NCBI GenBank assembly: GCA_024679065.1
Contig: JAGIQG010000006.1
Span: forward strand, 68,386,001 to 68,450,000
DNA from: Sphyrna mokarran
Lineage: Eukaryota
DNA: 64,000 nucleotides
Direction of reading: 5' to 3'
Under the pieces are notes generated by a model. It was not told the origin of the DNA, made no database searches, and worked only from the letters and a program-made list of their open reading frames with translations. A program made the position numbers and the translations under genes. Positions 24,836-37,812 of the stretch are shown piece after piece. Position 1 is the stretch's first letter, and the number at the start of each line of letters is the position of its first letter.

Positions 24836-25084
24836 TTACTCATGCTCCTCAAGGATAATTGAGACAATGAAAGCATTGGAAGCATTGCTTATAATTAGTT
24901 CAATGACATTTTGTGTGGCAGCATGCATCTCCCTATATGCATATTGCATCCACTTATGCTTAGGTTTCTGCACTGGGCATGGACATACTCCAATTACAGA
25001 TTCAGGATATAGAACCCTTTGGGATTATCGTAGATGGTTGTGCATTCAAATGCAACACCTTTAAATCAATGTACGTGCAGTCCT

Positions 25085-25885
25085 TGGTATTGAGGATTTG
25101 GCTCTGTCTATGAAAGTGTTAAATTTTAACTCCACTTAAAACACAGACAAAAAAAATTGCAAAAGATCAGAAAGAGAGACACTAAATTCACACATATACA
25201 AACACAAGAACCTTGAGGAAGAGATTTTTCCAGACAGGGAACCAGACTTAAAGTGATAACATTGCAGTTGTGATGCTGAGACAAACACATTTCGATTTTG
25301 ACAAGTTCTCACACAAAGAGCCTTAGCAATATAACAGACAATAGCTAAATATTTCCCTTCAAAATCAGAAATTTAGGTGAACAAGTCTGTCTGACTTGTG
25401 AGCCCTATAAGGCAGACAGACCTTCATGACTGTAAAAGAGACTGGGCCTTATAAAGACAGCAGAAAGCTATACTTTGCACTTTTGATTGTGAGTCTAAAA
25501 AGTTTGTAGTCATTTGTATCAATATCCTATGTTTATTTTCTAAATGGATTGCAAGTTTGTATTTACTACATTTAAGTGAAATAATTTGTCTTGCACTTAA
25601 ACTCTGTAAAATTCAAAACATTATGAGTATATAATTCAAGATTTGAGCTTATAATAGTTTTATCAAATCACCATTATAAAAAGTTGTAGACTCTCTTTTA
25701 TGTATCTCAAGAAGTCTTTTTTATCTAGGATTATTTAATAGTGAATTATAGATTCTGGGAAAGGTAAAAATGGACATTTCTGCTGTAATATACCTGTAAA
25801 CTGTTCATTTTGTTCGAAAATATCTTTGTTTAGTCTAGACATTCCTGCGAGAGATGGTACTTTATCTTAAGATCGGGCTCATAGC
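25085..25885 (+). mobile_element. Probable solo LTR, old
   Basis: LTR-like organisation (TATA-like 'cttataaa', AT-rich middle, end 'gggctcatagc'); termini decayed. Confidence 0.35.
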
Positions 25886-26039
25886 TAGCGTAGTAACTTA
25901 GACACATCATTTAAAATCTCTTTTAGTTGAGAACTTAAACTGTCAATAAATTTGACTGAATAAATTTATATTGCAGGGGAGTAAAGATAGCAGAACCCTA
26001 ACAATGGCACCCTGCACAGTAGGGAAGGTCACTACCCTA

Positions 26040-26968
26040 ACACCGCTGTGGGACATGGGCGTCACTGGCTGGCCAGCACTTATTGCCCATCTCTTGTTAT
26101 CCTTGAGAAAGAGGTGTTGAGCTGCCTTCTTGAATCGCTGCAGTCCATATACTATGGGCTGATCCACAGTGCCGTAAGAGAGGGAATTCCAGGATTCTGA
26201 CCTAGCGACTGCGAAGGAATGGCAATATATTTCCAAGTCAAATGGTGAATGGCTTGGATAGGAAATTGCAGGTGGTGGTGTTCCCATTTATCTATTGCCC
26301 CTTGTCCTTCTAGATGGAAGTGATTGTAGGTTTGGATGGTGTATCTAAGGACTTGTAGTGAATTGCTGCAGTGCATCTTGTATTGCTGCCGAGCGTTGGT
26401 GGTGGAGGGATTGAATGTTTGTAGATGTGGTGCCAATCAAGTGAGCTGTTTTGTCCTGGATGGTGTCAAGCTTCTTGAGTGTTGTTGGAGCTGCATCCAT
26501 CTAGGCAAGTGGGGAGTATTCTATCATACTCCTGACTTGTGCCTTATACATGATGGATAGGCTCTGGGCAGTCAGGAGAACATAGAACATAAAACATGGA
26601 ACACTACAGCACAACCAGGCCCTTCGGCCCACAAGTTGCACCGATCATATCAGTACCTACCAGGCCATAGAACTGTCTGTAACTCCCAATCACATTAAAT
26701 CCCATGTACTCATCCAGAAGTCTCTTAAAAGACCCCAGCGAGTTCGCCTCTACCACCACTGATGACAGTCGATTCAATTCACTCACCACCCACTCAGTGA
26801 AAAACTTACCTCTAACATCTCCAAGAAGAATTGCTCACCACAGTATTCCTAGTCTCTGACATGCTCTTGCAGCCATTATGTTTATGTGGTGAATCCAGTT
26901 GAGTTTTTAGTCAATGGCAATTTCAAGGATATTGATAGTGGGGGATTCAATGATGGTTACATCATTGA
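26040..26968 (-). mobile_element. CR1/L2-group LINE 3' portion, interrupted by a CR1 tail
   Basis: Reverse frames give 'SWNSL', 'GLQRFKKAAQHL.LK' and 'YKMHCSNS'; tail 'gggcaataagtgctggccagccagtgacgcccatgtccc'; host resumes at 26822. Confidence 0.8.
26577..26821 (-). mobile_element. Young CR1 3' fragment nested in an older LINE
   Basis: ORF 26604-26789 'VVSELNRLSSVVVEANSLGSFKRLLDEYM'; reverse tail 'gaacatagaacataaaacat'. Confidence 0.9.
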
Positions 26969-27084
26969 TGTTGCAGATTATTATGATCTTGGCTGAAAGC
27001 AATAACTTTAGTTTTAAAGAAGGAATTCAAAATTCCAGTTATTTACTGAAAGAATGAAGCTACAAGATTCCAAGATTTAAAACA
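26969..27084. repeat. 116-bp local duplicate of the CR1/LTR junction at 28028-28143
   Basis: Near-identical, offset 1059 bp, including the 10-bp flank tgttgcagat. Confidence 0.95.
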
Positions 27085-27771
27085 TCTTGCTCCAGATATT
27101 TCTCTAGATAATGAGAAATCAATGTTTTTCCTCATTTGGCATACAGAGCACCGGTGACCTCTTTTGGTAATATAATTATCTGATAACATCCATCGAAAAA
27201 CTGAAAAATGTTAGAAAAGTTATCTGCTCGTGTCTCGAAGGATCCTGACATGAAGAATTTTATGACTGTGATCAAATTTAGAGCCACTGTCAGAATCTTG
27301 CCTAAGGCTGGAAATCTATCTACAATTATTTTAGATTTCCATGAGCATCTCCTTCGTAATCAACGTTGCTCCTTACATACCTCAACTTTGGCAAGGAAAG
27401 ATGTAAGGGAATTACTCCCTAAAGACCGTGGATAGATATGGAGAGGGAAGATTTTACTATGGGTGCAAATCCCTTTATGGCCATAACCTCTCACAATGGG
27501 GACATAATATGATTTGTGCCAAAGAGATCTCAGAATGAAATCCTCATTCACTCCATCTCTCCCTATCACCTACCCCTCTCCCCACCCCCTCCAAGCTGGT
27601 GATGCAAACAAGTTCACGCCCGGTGAGAGCTTGAAACTGATTACCATGAACTCAAATAGACTTAAATATTCTTAAATGGCTTAACATTTCCAGCAGTCAA
27701 GATGATCACTACAGGAGACTGGCGTAGCCTCCAGGTGGTCTGGAACATGGTGCAGTAGTGTCATGTAATAA

Positions 27772-27813
27772 CAATGCCAAGAAATGTCAATGCCAAGAAA
27801 TGTCAATGCCAAG
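27772..27813. repeat. 16-bp tandem repeat (caatgccaagaaatgt) x2.6
   Basis: Directly visible. Confidence 0.9.
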
Positions 27814-27829
27814 GACAGGGGCATGGGGG

Positions 27830-27915
27830 CAAGGAAAGATTTAATGCTTCAGTTAAATGACTTTTCATCAGAACTGGGAACAGTTTGAAAAGTTATAGGT
27901 TTTAATCAGATTTAA
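27830..27915 (-). mobile_element. Penelope-like pseudo-LTR fragment with decayed minimal hammerhead
   Basis: Reverse: tt CTGATGA aaagtcatttaact GAAG catt aa. The CUGAUGA box is intact; GAAA and the ACGU palindrome are mutated. Confidence 0.6.
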
Positions 27916-28037
27916 GTAGAATTGAATATCAAAATTTCCAAATGATATTAAGAAGGACAGAAAGCGGTATAGATAGGAGCAGGAAGTTAATAAGGGACAT
28001 TGATAGATGTGAGCATGTCGACAAAAGTGTTGCAGAT

Positions 28038-28956
28038 TGTTACGATCTTGGCTGAAAGCAGTAACTTTAGTTTTAAAGAAGGAACCCAAAATTCCAGTTA
28101 TTTACTGAAAGAATGAAGCTACAAGATTCCACAGTTTAAAACAGAAGATTTTTCTTTATCAAACAAGAGTCAAACAAGGAATGCTATCTAACCCAGAACT
28201 AACTCTAAAACCCAGAATCAACAAAAGTTAAATGTGAATTAACAAATAAGTTGTGATTGATTATAAGCTGCAAATTACACATTGAATTGCAGATATACCT
28301 AAGGCAGACTTTACAAATTTGCTCGACACTTCACCAGCATTATGTCATCAATCTCACTCAAAAAGTCATTCAGCACTCTGTCTACCTCATAAAAGCTGTC
28401 AACTCTCTTCTTCCAGAATTCAGCCTGATCCCCAACTGACAGCAGTGTGCAACTAACCCACGTTCCACGGAAATGGTATTCAGCAAAAACTGCACATATC
28501 TGCAGAATTTCCTCAACTCTGAATATGACCAACTGGATGGCGTAGATCCATCAATGTTATCTTCAAATAACAGAAACAGCACGACAACTGCATCTATGCT
28601 TAGTTTCCACTTCTGGATCTAGCCTCAGTCTCCTTCAGCTTGTATATACTGCATTGCTGGAGCCATCATCTACCATCTCTTCTTATGCATAGTTTCAACC
28701 AGATGCCTTGGTTTCCATTTCTTTGTTTCAGTTTTAGTTTCCTTAGAAAGTGGGTGAGCCAGTTGCCCTTCTCAATTTCCTTTTTAAATCAGAATCTGTA
28801 TCAAAAAAGGTTTGAAACTATGGATTCTATCACAAGGTGGAGTTCCCATTTGAGAAGTGAAAAGTTAGCATCCGAGCAAAAACAATTGAAATATTTCTGA
28901 ACGGAAAAAGACTGTTAACTAAAAAAGGGCAAAGGAAATTATTTTGCCATACAACA
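28038..28956 (-). mobile_element. Solo LTR within CR1 debris (27925-28037 and 28957-29060)
   Basis: Termini tgttacg...tacaaca; CR1 sequence on both sides ('gggacattgataga...ttgcagat' and 'ttttatttcaaaggaattggattacaaagc'). Confidence 0.65.
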
Positions 28957-29064
28957 TAAATCACCATTACACAAATTATAGATGGAAAATGTATTCAAAA
29001 AAGGTTCATGAAATATTGACTTTTATTTCAAAGGAATTGGATTACAAAGCAGTTGACATTTATG

Positions 29065-29325
29065 ATTATAGAATCGTATAATGGCTACAGTGCAGAAGGA
29101 AGCCATTTGGCACATTGTGTCTGTGCTATCTCTCCAAATGAACAATTCACTTAGTGCCATTTGCTGGCCTTCTCTCCATAACTCTGCATATACTTTCTTT
29201 TCAGATAATAATCCAATTCCTTCCTGAACACCTTGATTGAATCTCCCTCTACCACACTCTCAGGCAGTGCATTCCAGATCTTAACCACTCATTATAAAAG
29301 AGGTTTCTCCTCATGTCAATATTTG
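29065..29325 (-). mobile_element. CR1 3' end fragment
   Basis: 'atagaatcgtataatggctacagtgcagaaggaagccatttggc...ctaccacactctcaggcagtgcattccag'. Confidence 0.75.
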
Positions 29326-30289
29326 CAAGCAAAGTACAGCTGTAATTTCAAATGATCACAAAATAATGATGGATGAGGGAAGCTGTCTATCAAAGCTCAT
29401 CTATCCAGTTGACATAAACATACTTCCACTGCAACATCCAATTAGTTCTTAATTAAAGCAGAGATTTTTATTTCCACTACATTGAGTGGGAGAATATTTT
29501 GTGCATTTAATATTCTCTTTATATGAAAGAAATTTCTGATATTTGACTCAAATTTTCTTATTAATTACTGTCTTGAAACTGACCTTTTGTGTTTATAGTT
29601 TAACATAATTACTTCTCTAAATGTTCCTTTTTCACACCTTTAACAATCTAACCTGCATCTACAAAATCACTTCTCACACATCTCTTTAGAAGGCTGTAGA
29701 GGCCAAGTTTCTTCATGACCGTATCCTCCAGCGTATTATAAAAGGTTTATATCAAATACATAAATCTATGTCTACATCATCAGTAATGCAAGATCATGTG
29801 ACAACAGAGCATGAAGAGAGATAGTTCCATATACGGTTTCATGCCAAGTCTGTATTGCACATAGCACAATGTTAAGTAACAGGTAGAGTTTCCTAACAAC
29901 CTTGTCTCCTGCAGTATCTGTAAGACTAGATTATGAGCAACGCCATCAAATGTCCACATTGATTATAACAAATCCAGGGGATCAGCCTCTTGGCTCTTCC
30001 TTGGGCTTTGCTGGCTGGGTTTAGGTGATAGCTCTTGGATAGGCCATGAAATATTGTACCTGATTTTCTTTTCCACTGAGGTCATTGCAAAACAATGTCT
30101 AGTGTACGCTGATAAATGATTTGCTATCACCTTGTTTTTCACTATAGATCCAGGACAAATTTCCACTCCTGTCATTCAAAGAGTGATTTAATCATGGCTC
30201 TGTACAGTTTGATTATGACTTTTTCCTGAAGTTTTTCTTCTATTTCTGGTGATAAAGTTTAAAATTTAACTGAATTTGCTGAATGCTGC

Positions 30290-30880
30290 TCTGCACCAAT
30301 TGGATATAGGTCAGATCCCATTGGATACTGTGTAGAGTTTTGAAGAAAGATTATACTAATGGGTAGAGCACGGATTTAACGGAATGATGCCAGAATTTAC
30401 AGGATCATGTTATGAGACTAGAATGCATTAAATGGGCCTTTATTCTCTTGAGTTTAGAAGGTCGAGGGGGAATCCAATTGAGCTGTTAAAAATGAAAAAG
30501 GAATTTAATTGATGAGCAAAACAAAAACTAGTTATTCTGCTAGGGGAATCCAGAAAAAGGGATCACAATGTTGAAGTTCATACTGGGCTATTCAGCAGTG
30601 GAATCAGGGTGCATTATGTTCACCACAGAGATCATAAGAAATAAAAAAAACTCTCCTCCCAATGCTATGGATGCTGGGTCAATTGAAAGTTTTAAGTTTG
30701 CGATCATTAGATTTTTGGTAGGTAAGGGCATCAAATAATACTGAGCAAAGGGCTGGGGGGGGGCAGAGGGGGAGAGAGAGGGTGGGTAAGTAGAATTAAT
30801 ATACAGATCAGCCATGAGCTAATTGGATAATGGAACAGCAACAAGACACTGAATGGCCAACTGCTCTTCCTATGCTCCTA
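30290..30880 (+). mobile_element. Old CR1 3' fragment
   Basis: 'tttagaaggtcgaggggg', 'cagatcagccatga', tail 'gaatggccaactgctcttcctatgctccta'. Confidence 0.8.
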
Positions 30881-31365
30881 CTCCACAATTAACAGAATGC
30901 ACAAAAAAAAGAGCCGAGGAATGCTAGTGCTATCATTTTTTAACAGTATATTTAAACAAAAATTATGCAATCTCTAGTTTTTTTCTTTGGCACTAAATCA
31001 GCAAAGCAAATTTGGATGCATTTAAAAGAATACACTTTCTTTGAAGTTGAATATGACTGCAAGACAATCTGCTTAGAATATAAAGAAAGTGGAAATGTGT
31101 ATATGCCAGCTCAGAATCTGCAAAAATGTGGATTTTGCTCTTTCATCAAGATTCAAGAAACAACTGAATTTTCGGGACAAATTCTATAATTCAATTGGTT
31201 TCAATCAGATTTGGAAAAAATCTCCCTTTCTCAGTTAGCAAAGTTCTTCAAGCTTGTTCTCATTTGGTGTCACCAGCTATTGGATAATCAAAAGAAAATT
31301 AACAAGTTAACATTAATAGAAAAAAAATTCACTATAATATTTTAAGTGGTATTTCTTCTATGGTG

Positions 31366-32264
31366 AAAGGAATTTTCCCAAGTGTCAGTTTAGGTGAGAA
31401 AACAGTTTTGAGTCGTGTTGTCAAGTCCGGCACAAATCAGATAGGAATTTTCCCACACTTCATAATTTTTTTGGGAGGGGCGAGCTTTACACAGGTTTTG
31501 AGAGGAGCAGGGACCAAACAAGCTGGCAATCTCAGCCATAGACATCAGGTGGCATTTTAAATGATGCCCTGATATCAAAGTGAAATTGAAGACTCCCCAT
31601 CCCCTTATGGAGATAAAGACCTCTCCCGTTGAAGACATGTTTTTGCACCCTCTTCCTTAACATAGATTGCTGGCATCGAGTCATTGAGACCGTCGCAATG
31701 GAACCCCCTTTATGCTCCACCCCTCAAGCCACCCCTTTCATGCCCCCTCCCTTAATGCCCCATCAGGCCCCCGTCCACTTGGCACAGTCCCCCCAGTATC
31801 TGACAGTGCTCATCTGGCCATGCAGGACCCACTAGAAAGTACTGCCTTGCATCCTAGAAGTGCCCACTTGGTAGTGCCACCTGGCATTGCCAGTGTGCCA
31901 ATTGGCATAGCCAGGTTGGCACTGCTAAATGGGCACTGCCCAATTATTTTCCTTTCAATGGCCTCAGACCCCCTCACATCCCCAGCATGCCTACTGCCTG
32001 TTTGTAGAGAACAATAACGTAATCATGCTGGATTCCCAATGTGCTTGGAGCTCAAAGAATCTTAGAACAAGGAGAATCTAGCTTGGAATTGATTAATCCA
32101 TGGTTATTTTAATATGCAAATCTTGTTCCCACACTCACTGGATGGGAACCAGATTATATCTGGGTGGTGGCTGGGAGGATTCCAATGAGATTTTGCGCCA
32201 GTGCTAAACATGCTAAGCCCCTCCCAACCCTGTGCCGCATCAATGCGACCTGCACAATATAGCC
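31366..32264. mobile_element. Harbinger-type MITE
   Basis: Ends 'gaaaggaattttcc' and 'aatatagcc'; interior 'ggcattgccag...ccaggttggcactgc' is shared with 3820-3860. Confidence 0.55.
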
Positions 32265-33251
32265 AAAATAATCACAGCTTTTAAGTTGGAACTATTACAT
32301 TTCTTATATTAATGTTTACATTCTGTTTTGGTAACTATATTAACATTGCTTTCCATTCCTCCACGGGTCCTATTGAAGGCCAATGAAATTTGACTCAATC
32401 ATGGCAAACAGGTTTGAGATACAAAATCCTTTATTATTAAACTTGCAGTCACCTGGGTGAAAGAGGAGTGGTTTAAAGCCTTTGAAGTTTTTTTTAAACA
32501 AAGTCTTTGTATTAGTTACTTTTAGTCAGTCCCAAAAAAACCCTGAACCTTGATTTTTTTTTTCCAAACAGTAATACAATGCGTGAACATTTCATGGGAG
32601 GATAGTGTCTTTTCATGAAATAACAAGGCACACTGAAATGTTCTATCAATTGATACTGGGACTTTTGTTTCACATAGCTTTTCATCAGTAAAATTGGATG
32701 CTATAATTGGCAGTGCTTTATTGTCGCTTGTTGACGTAATTTCATCAAGCCAGAGAATCATCCTTGAACCATTAAATCCAGATAATGATGTTTTATTGAG
32801 TCACATACGTCAATGTTTTTGACTCCCTTCATTAATGCAGGCTGCTTTCTACTGCATTAGGGTGGTATTATTTCGTTATTAATTGAATAATAATTCATAC
32901 TATCAATCGCTCATGTTGTTTTTCTCCCTTTTGGCATTAAGCCACTAAAAATATGGACCTTGGCAACTCACATTAAAATAAGAAAATAATAGACAGATAT
33001 TTATATCCCCAAATAGAAATTTTGTTTGATCAATATACTGTAATCACAGTTGGAATGATTTTTTCCCTTTGCCAGAGAGGGCATGTTTGAACTTCATTTT
33101 GATTCTAACAAGTAAATCAAGAAAAAGAAACTTCTCAATTATCCACCTGTACGTTGATTGTTTAATTTGTCCCGAACAATATTTTTGAGAAATTCAGAAG
33201 TTGCTTATATTAGCAATTAAAGGACAAATTTTTCATTATCTTCAGAAACAT

Positions 33252-33724
33252 AGGCCAGAAGTTTATGTTCCCTATAGCATCTGACCCCCTGTGGCGGTTG
33301 TCGAGGGGGAAGTGGGGGAGTGTAAAATAGCATGGGCAGGATCCCCTTTCTTCCCTGAACTGGATGGATTCTCTGATTAATGGCAATTTAAGGGTCTTTT
33401 CTGCTCAGACAGTAATGAGTGATGACTGAGGGTGGGAAACAAAAGCATTTCTCATTCTTGATCTCAGGTGGGAATGGGAAAGAAGGGAAGGAGGGTTGCG
33501 TGCCTTCATTGGAAAGCTCCTTCAGACTGGGAGGTGCCTTTCCCTCAGAAACCTTCTCAGAAGTTGAGATCTCCAACCCTCCATAACTATCACCTCAGCC
33601 TTGCCTTCAAGATAATCACCTGACTAGTAACCCCCAAAAGCATCTAGTACGCTCCCCTCCCCAGGACTATTCATGTCATAACAAAGTTCACTGACATGTG
33701 ACTGGGGTATGGAAAATCCTGCCC
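33252..33724. mobile_element. Harbinger-type MITE (~470 bp)
   Basis: Left 'aggccagaagttt'; right 'ggaaaatcctgccc' followed by TTA. Confidence 0.5.
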
Positions 33725-33950
33725 TTAGTCTCAGTCATGACACCATAGTACATCTTCTAGCCACTGTAGCATTGTGCCTGAAAGACTGGAGGGACTGGAG
33801 AACTGTCAGTCAAACTGTTTAGCTGATTGACCCTCCGAAGTGGACTTCTTTCCAAATTTGGTTGCTCATTAGAGTGTGAAATGGAAGCAGGCTTCTCAGA
33901 GTCAGCAGGGAACATTCAGGTCAGAGGAACAAAGTTCTAAAATACATACA

Positions 33951-34189
33951 TGTAGTGTAGAGGTCTAGCACATTCATACACTGATGTAGGAGAACACATG
34001 ACTTGCACCTATGGGATAGGTTCACGTTGGACAGCGCTGAGTGCATAAGCAAGCCTGGAGACAGTTCTCTGCTTAAACTCTTTATTGTGAGTATATAGAT
34101 GGTTCCTATAATTAATAAATATATAGTTAACCTATTTAAGACTATAAAAACTTTTTGAGGACATACAAAATGGTATCTAACACCCTACA
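33951..34189 (+). mobile_element. Short LTR (same family as 37487-37812)
   Basis: tgtag...ctaca termini; AATAAA; shares 'aacacatgac', 'gtgcataagcaa', 'ttaataaat.tat..agttaa', 'aagactat' with 37630-37812. Confidence 0.7.
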
Positions 34190-34237
34190 TCCTGGTGCCA
34201 TTGAATAGAGAAAAAACAAAACCTTGCAAAAAATGTA

Positions 34238-34890
34238 GGGCTGAATTTTCTCAAATTTTGCTGAGTGTCATAATGGAGTAAAAATGGGATAAACTGCATT
34301 GTCTCTTGTGCATGTTTCACATCGCAATCCTTCGACACTTAGTCACTTCTTTCGAGAATTGAGAGTTTTGTGCTGGTACTGAGGGAAGCAGGGTCTAAAC
34401 ATGTTGGTGAATCCAGTTGCAGAGAGCTTGGGTGCCACTTTACAAGGGTGCCACTGATCTTACAGTACAGTGGGAGACATCCCCTCCCTCACCACACAGA
34501 TATCAGGGAAACTTCCCCCACCCATCCCCACCCTCTCATTGGGAGCATGTCTCCCCCCATGACATGGATTGCCTACATTAGGCATTAGGGTCCTCCACCC
34601 TGAGGGTTGCCTATCATCACCCCAATATGCCCTCCTCTCCCCCCCCCCCCCCCCCCCCCCCCGACCCTCATCATGACTCCTTCCATGATCCATCCCTGCA
34701 TGATTCCTCTTGCATAGCTCTCCATCTTGGCTCCTACACAGCTCCACCTCCTGGCTCACTGATGTTGCCCAAATGGCAGAGCTAGGATGCCTGGTGGATA
34801 CTGCTAGGGTTCCTGGTGGGCAACAGCAGGTAAGAACTACCTAGCCATGCCCCTGACCATCCAGATGGCTTCAATGCACCCCAGCCATTG
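34238..34890. mobile_element. Harbinger-type MITE left part, truncated by CR1; contains a C24 run
   Basis: Begins with a clean 'gggctgaattttc'; poly-C at 34639-34662. Confidence 0.6.
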
Positions 34891-34904
34891 TGATCCATTA
34901 CTAA

Positions 34905-37162
34905 CAGCAACATTGGTGAGGATCACTTTGGGACCATGACCATAATTCTATTGGTTTTAAGATAGCTATGGAGAATGATAGATCTGTCCCAAAAGTTCAA
35001 ATTCTAAACTGGGGCAAGGCCAATTATGATGGTATCAGGCAAGGACATTCAAAAGTTTATTTGGGGAGTCTGTGGGAAGGCAAATGGATATCTGGTAAGT
35101 GGCAGGCTTTTAAAAATGTGTTAACCAGGGTTCAGGGTAAGCACATTCCTCTGAGAGTGAAGGGCAAGGCTGGCAGACTTGGGTACCCTGGATGACTTGG
35201 GATATTTAAGCCCCAGTCAAGAAGAAGAAAGAGGCATATGACAAGCGTAGGCAGCTGGGATCGAGTGAATCTCTTGAACAGTATAGGGGGTGTAGGAGTA
35301 GAGTTAAGAGAAAAATCAGGAGGGCAAAAAGGGAACACCAGATTGTTTTGGCAGCTAAGACAAAGGAGAATCCAAAGAGCTTCTACAAATACATAAAGAG
35401 CAAAAGAGTAACAAGGGAGAAAGTAGGGCCTCTTAAGATCAACAAGATCATCTATGTGTGGATCCACAAGGGATAGGTGAGATGAATAAATGAATATTAC
35501 CTTATCATTATTTACTATTGAGAAAAGCATGGATGTTAGGGAACTTGGGGAAATAAATAGTGATGTTTGAGGACTGTACATACTACAGAGAAGGAAGTGC
35601 TGGAAGTCTTAAAACGTTTCAAGGTAGATAAATCCACAGAACCTGATGAAATGTAACCCAGGACATTGTGGGAGGTTAGGGAAGAAATTGTGGGTCCTCT
35701 AGCTGAGATATTTGAATAATTGAAAGTTAGAGTGAGGTGTCTGAACATTGGAGAGCTGCAAATGTTGTGACTTTGTTTAAAAAGGGCTGCAGGGAAAAGC
35801 CTGGGAACTACAGGCCAGTGAGTCTCACATCCATGGTGGGTAAATTGTTAGAAGGTATTTTGACAGACAGGATCTACAGGCATTTATAGATGCAAATACT
35901 GATTAGGGACAGTTAGGATGACTTTGTGAGTGGCAAATCATGTCTCACAAATTTGAATGAGGTTTTGAAGGGATAACCAAGAAGGTGGATGAGCACAGTG
36001 CAGTTAATGTTGTCTACATGGATCTTAGAAGGCCTTTGACAAGGTACTGCATGGTAGGTTGTTGCATATTTTTAAATCTCATGAGATCCAGGATGAGGTA
36101 TTGAAATGGATACAAAATTGGCTTCTTGACAGAAATCAGATGTTGGTTTCAAACTGGAGGCTTGTGACCAGCGGTCTGCCTCAGGGATCAGTGCTGGGTC
36201 CACTATTATATGTCATTTATGTTAATGATTTGGATGAAAATATAGAGACGTGGTCAGTAAGTTTGCAGATGACACTAAGACTGGTGGCATAGTGACAGTG
36301 AAGAAAGTTATCTCCAATTGTAACAAGATCTTGATCAATTGGGCCAGTGGGCTGACAATTGGCAAATGGTGTTTAATTTAGACAAATGCAAAGTGAAGCA
36401 TTTTTGTCGACTGAACCAGAGCAGGACTTATTCAGTTAATGGTAGGGATTGGGGAGAGTTACAGAACAGGGAGATCTAGGGGAACATCTTCATAGCTCCT
36501 TGAAAGTGGAGGCACAGAGTGAAGGACAGAGTGGTAAAGAAGGCATTTGGCATGCTTGGGGGTTTCATTGGTCAGAACATTAAATGCAGGAGTTGAGACA
36601 TCTTGTTGAAGTTGTACAAGGCATTGGTAAGGCCACACTTGGAATATTGTGCGCAATTCTGGTCACCCTATTATAGAAAGGATATTATTAAACCAGAAAA
36701 AGTGCAGAAAAGATTTGCTAGGATGCTACTGGGACTTGATGGATTGAGTAATAAGGAGAGATTGGATAGACTGAGACTTTTTTCTCTGGAGTGGTGAAAA
36801 AGGTCTATAAAATAATGAGGGGCACAGATCAACTAGATAGTCAATATCTTTTCCCAAAGGTGGGGGAGTCTAAAACGAGACGGCATAGGTTTAAGGTGAG
36901 AGGAGAGAGATACAAAATTGTCCAGAGAGGCAATTTTTTCACACAGAGAGTGGAGTGTCTGGAGCAAACTGCCAGAGGTAGTAGTAGAGTCATGTACAAT
37001 ATTGTCTTTTGAAAAACATTTAGATAATTACAATGGCTATAGAAGGAAATGGGCCAAATGCGGGCAATTGGGATTAGCTTAGAGGTTTTAAAAAATAAAG
37101 GGTGACATGGACAATTTAGGACAAAGGGCCTGTTTCCATGCTGTAAGCCTCTATGACTTTAT
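34905..37162 (+). mobile_element. CR1 LINE, ~2.3 kb (endonuclease end, RT, 3' UTR), decayed
   Basis: [73 protein letters not shown]; tail 'ggcctgtttccatgctgtaagcctctatgac'. Confidence 0.95.
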
Positions 37163-37474
37163 AAGCTCCCTGCTCTGACTATTGCACTACTGTAATGCTG
37201 CTATAGCTCTGCATTCAAAGGCCAGAAGATGCCTTGCACCGGATTCTGCATGGACTTTGTATATTTAAATGCTACTTTAAATTTGCTAATTGCCTTCCCA
37301 CCCAGAAAAGACATGAAAGAGTTCATATAGGGACAGGGAACATAACAAATCATTTGGCGCAGCGTGCCAATCGAATTATTACCTCTGATGCTAGTTTCCC
37401 AAGTCACTATGCTGTTTGTTAGATGGTGAGGTGATAAAATTGTGCCCACAGAGCCAAGTTGAAATCAGGGACTT

Positions 37475-37812
37475 GAAAGGGGGAGATGGGGCAATAATAA
37501 TGATGTAAGTACATAGGGTAAACTAGAATACCTTGAATTATGTTGGTTAAAGTCTTGGAGAGATGATAAGGTTCTGGCACATATAGGATTGTGGGGCAGA
37601 GTACAGTACCATATGCACAGTAATGTTACAAAACACATGACCTGTACCGAGTGTTCAATCCCATATTGGACTGAGCCATGTGCATAAGCAAACATGCGAC
37701 TGTTCCTAACTTTACTTCATATGTCTACATAGATATTGTAGTTAATAAATGTATGCAGTTAAGACTATGAAGATTTTATTGAGATTTTACTGATGATATC
37801 CAACCTCCTACA
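37475..37812 (+). mobile_element. Polypurine tract plus 3' LTR
   Basis: 'gaaagggggaga' (37475-37486) directly before TG at 37487; ends 'cctaca'; homologous to 33951-34189. Confidence 0.6.

Noticed and set aside
32655-32692. Minus-strand CUGAUGA-N10-GAAAC-AAAA-GUC resembling a hammerhead core
   Set aside because: Stem II (AAAGCUAUGU) does not pair and there is no stem I complementarity; likely chance.
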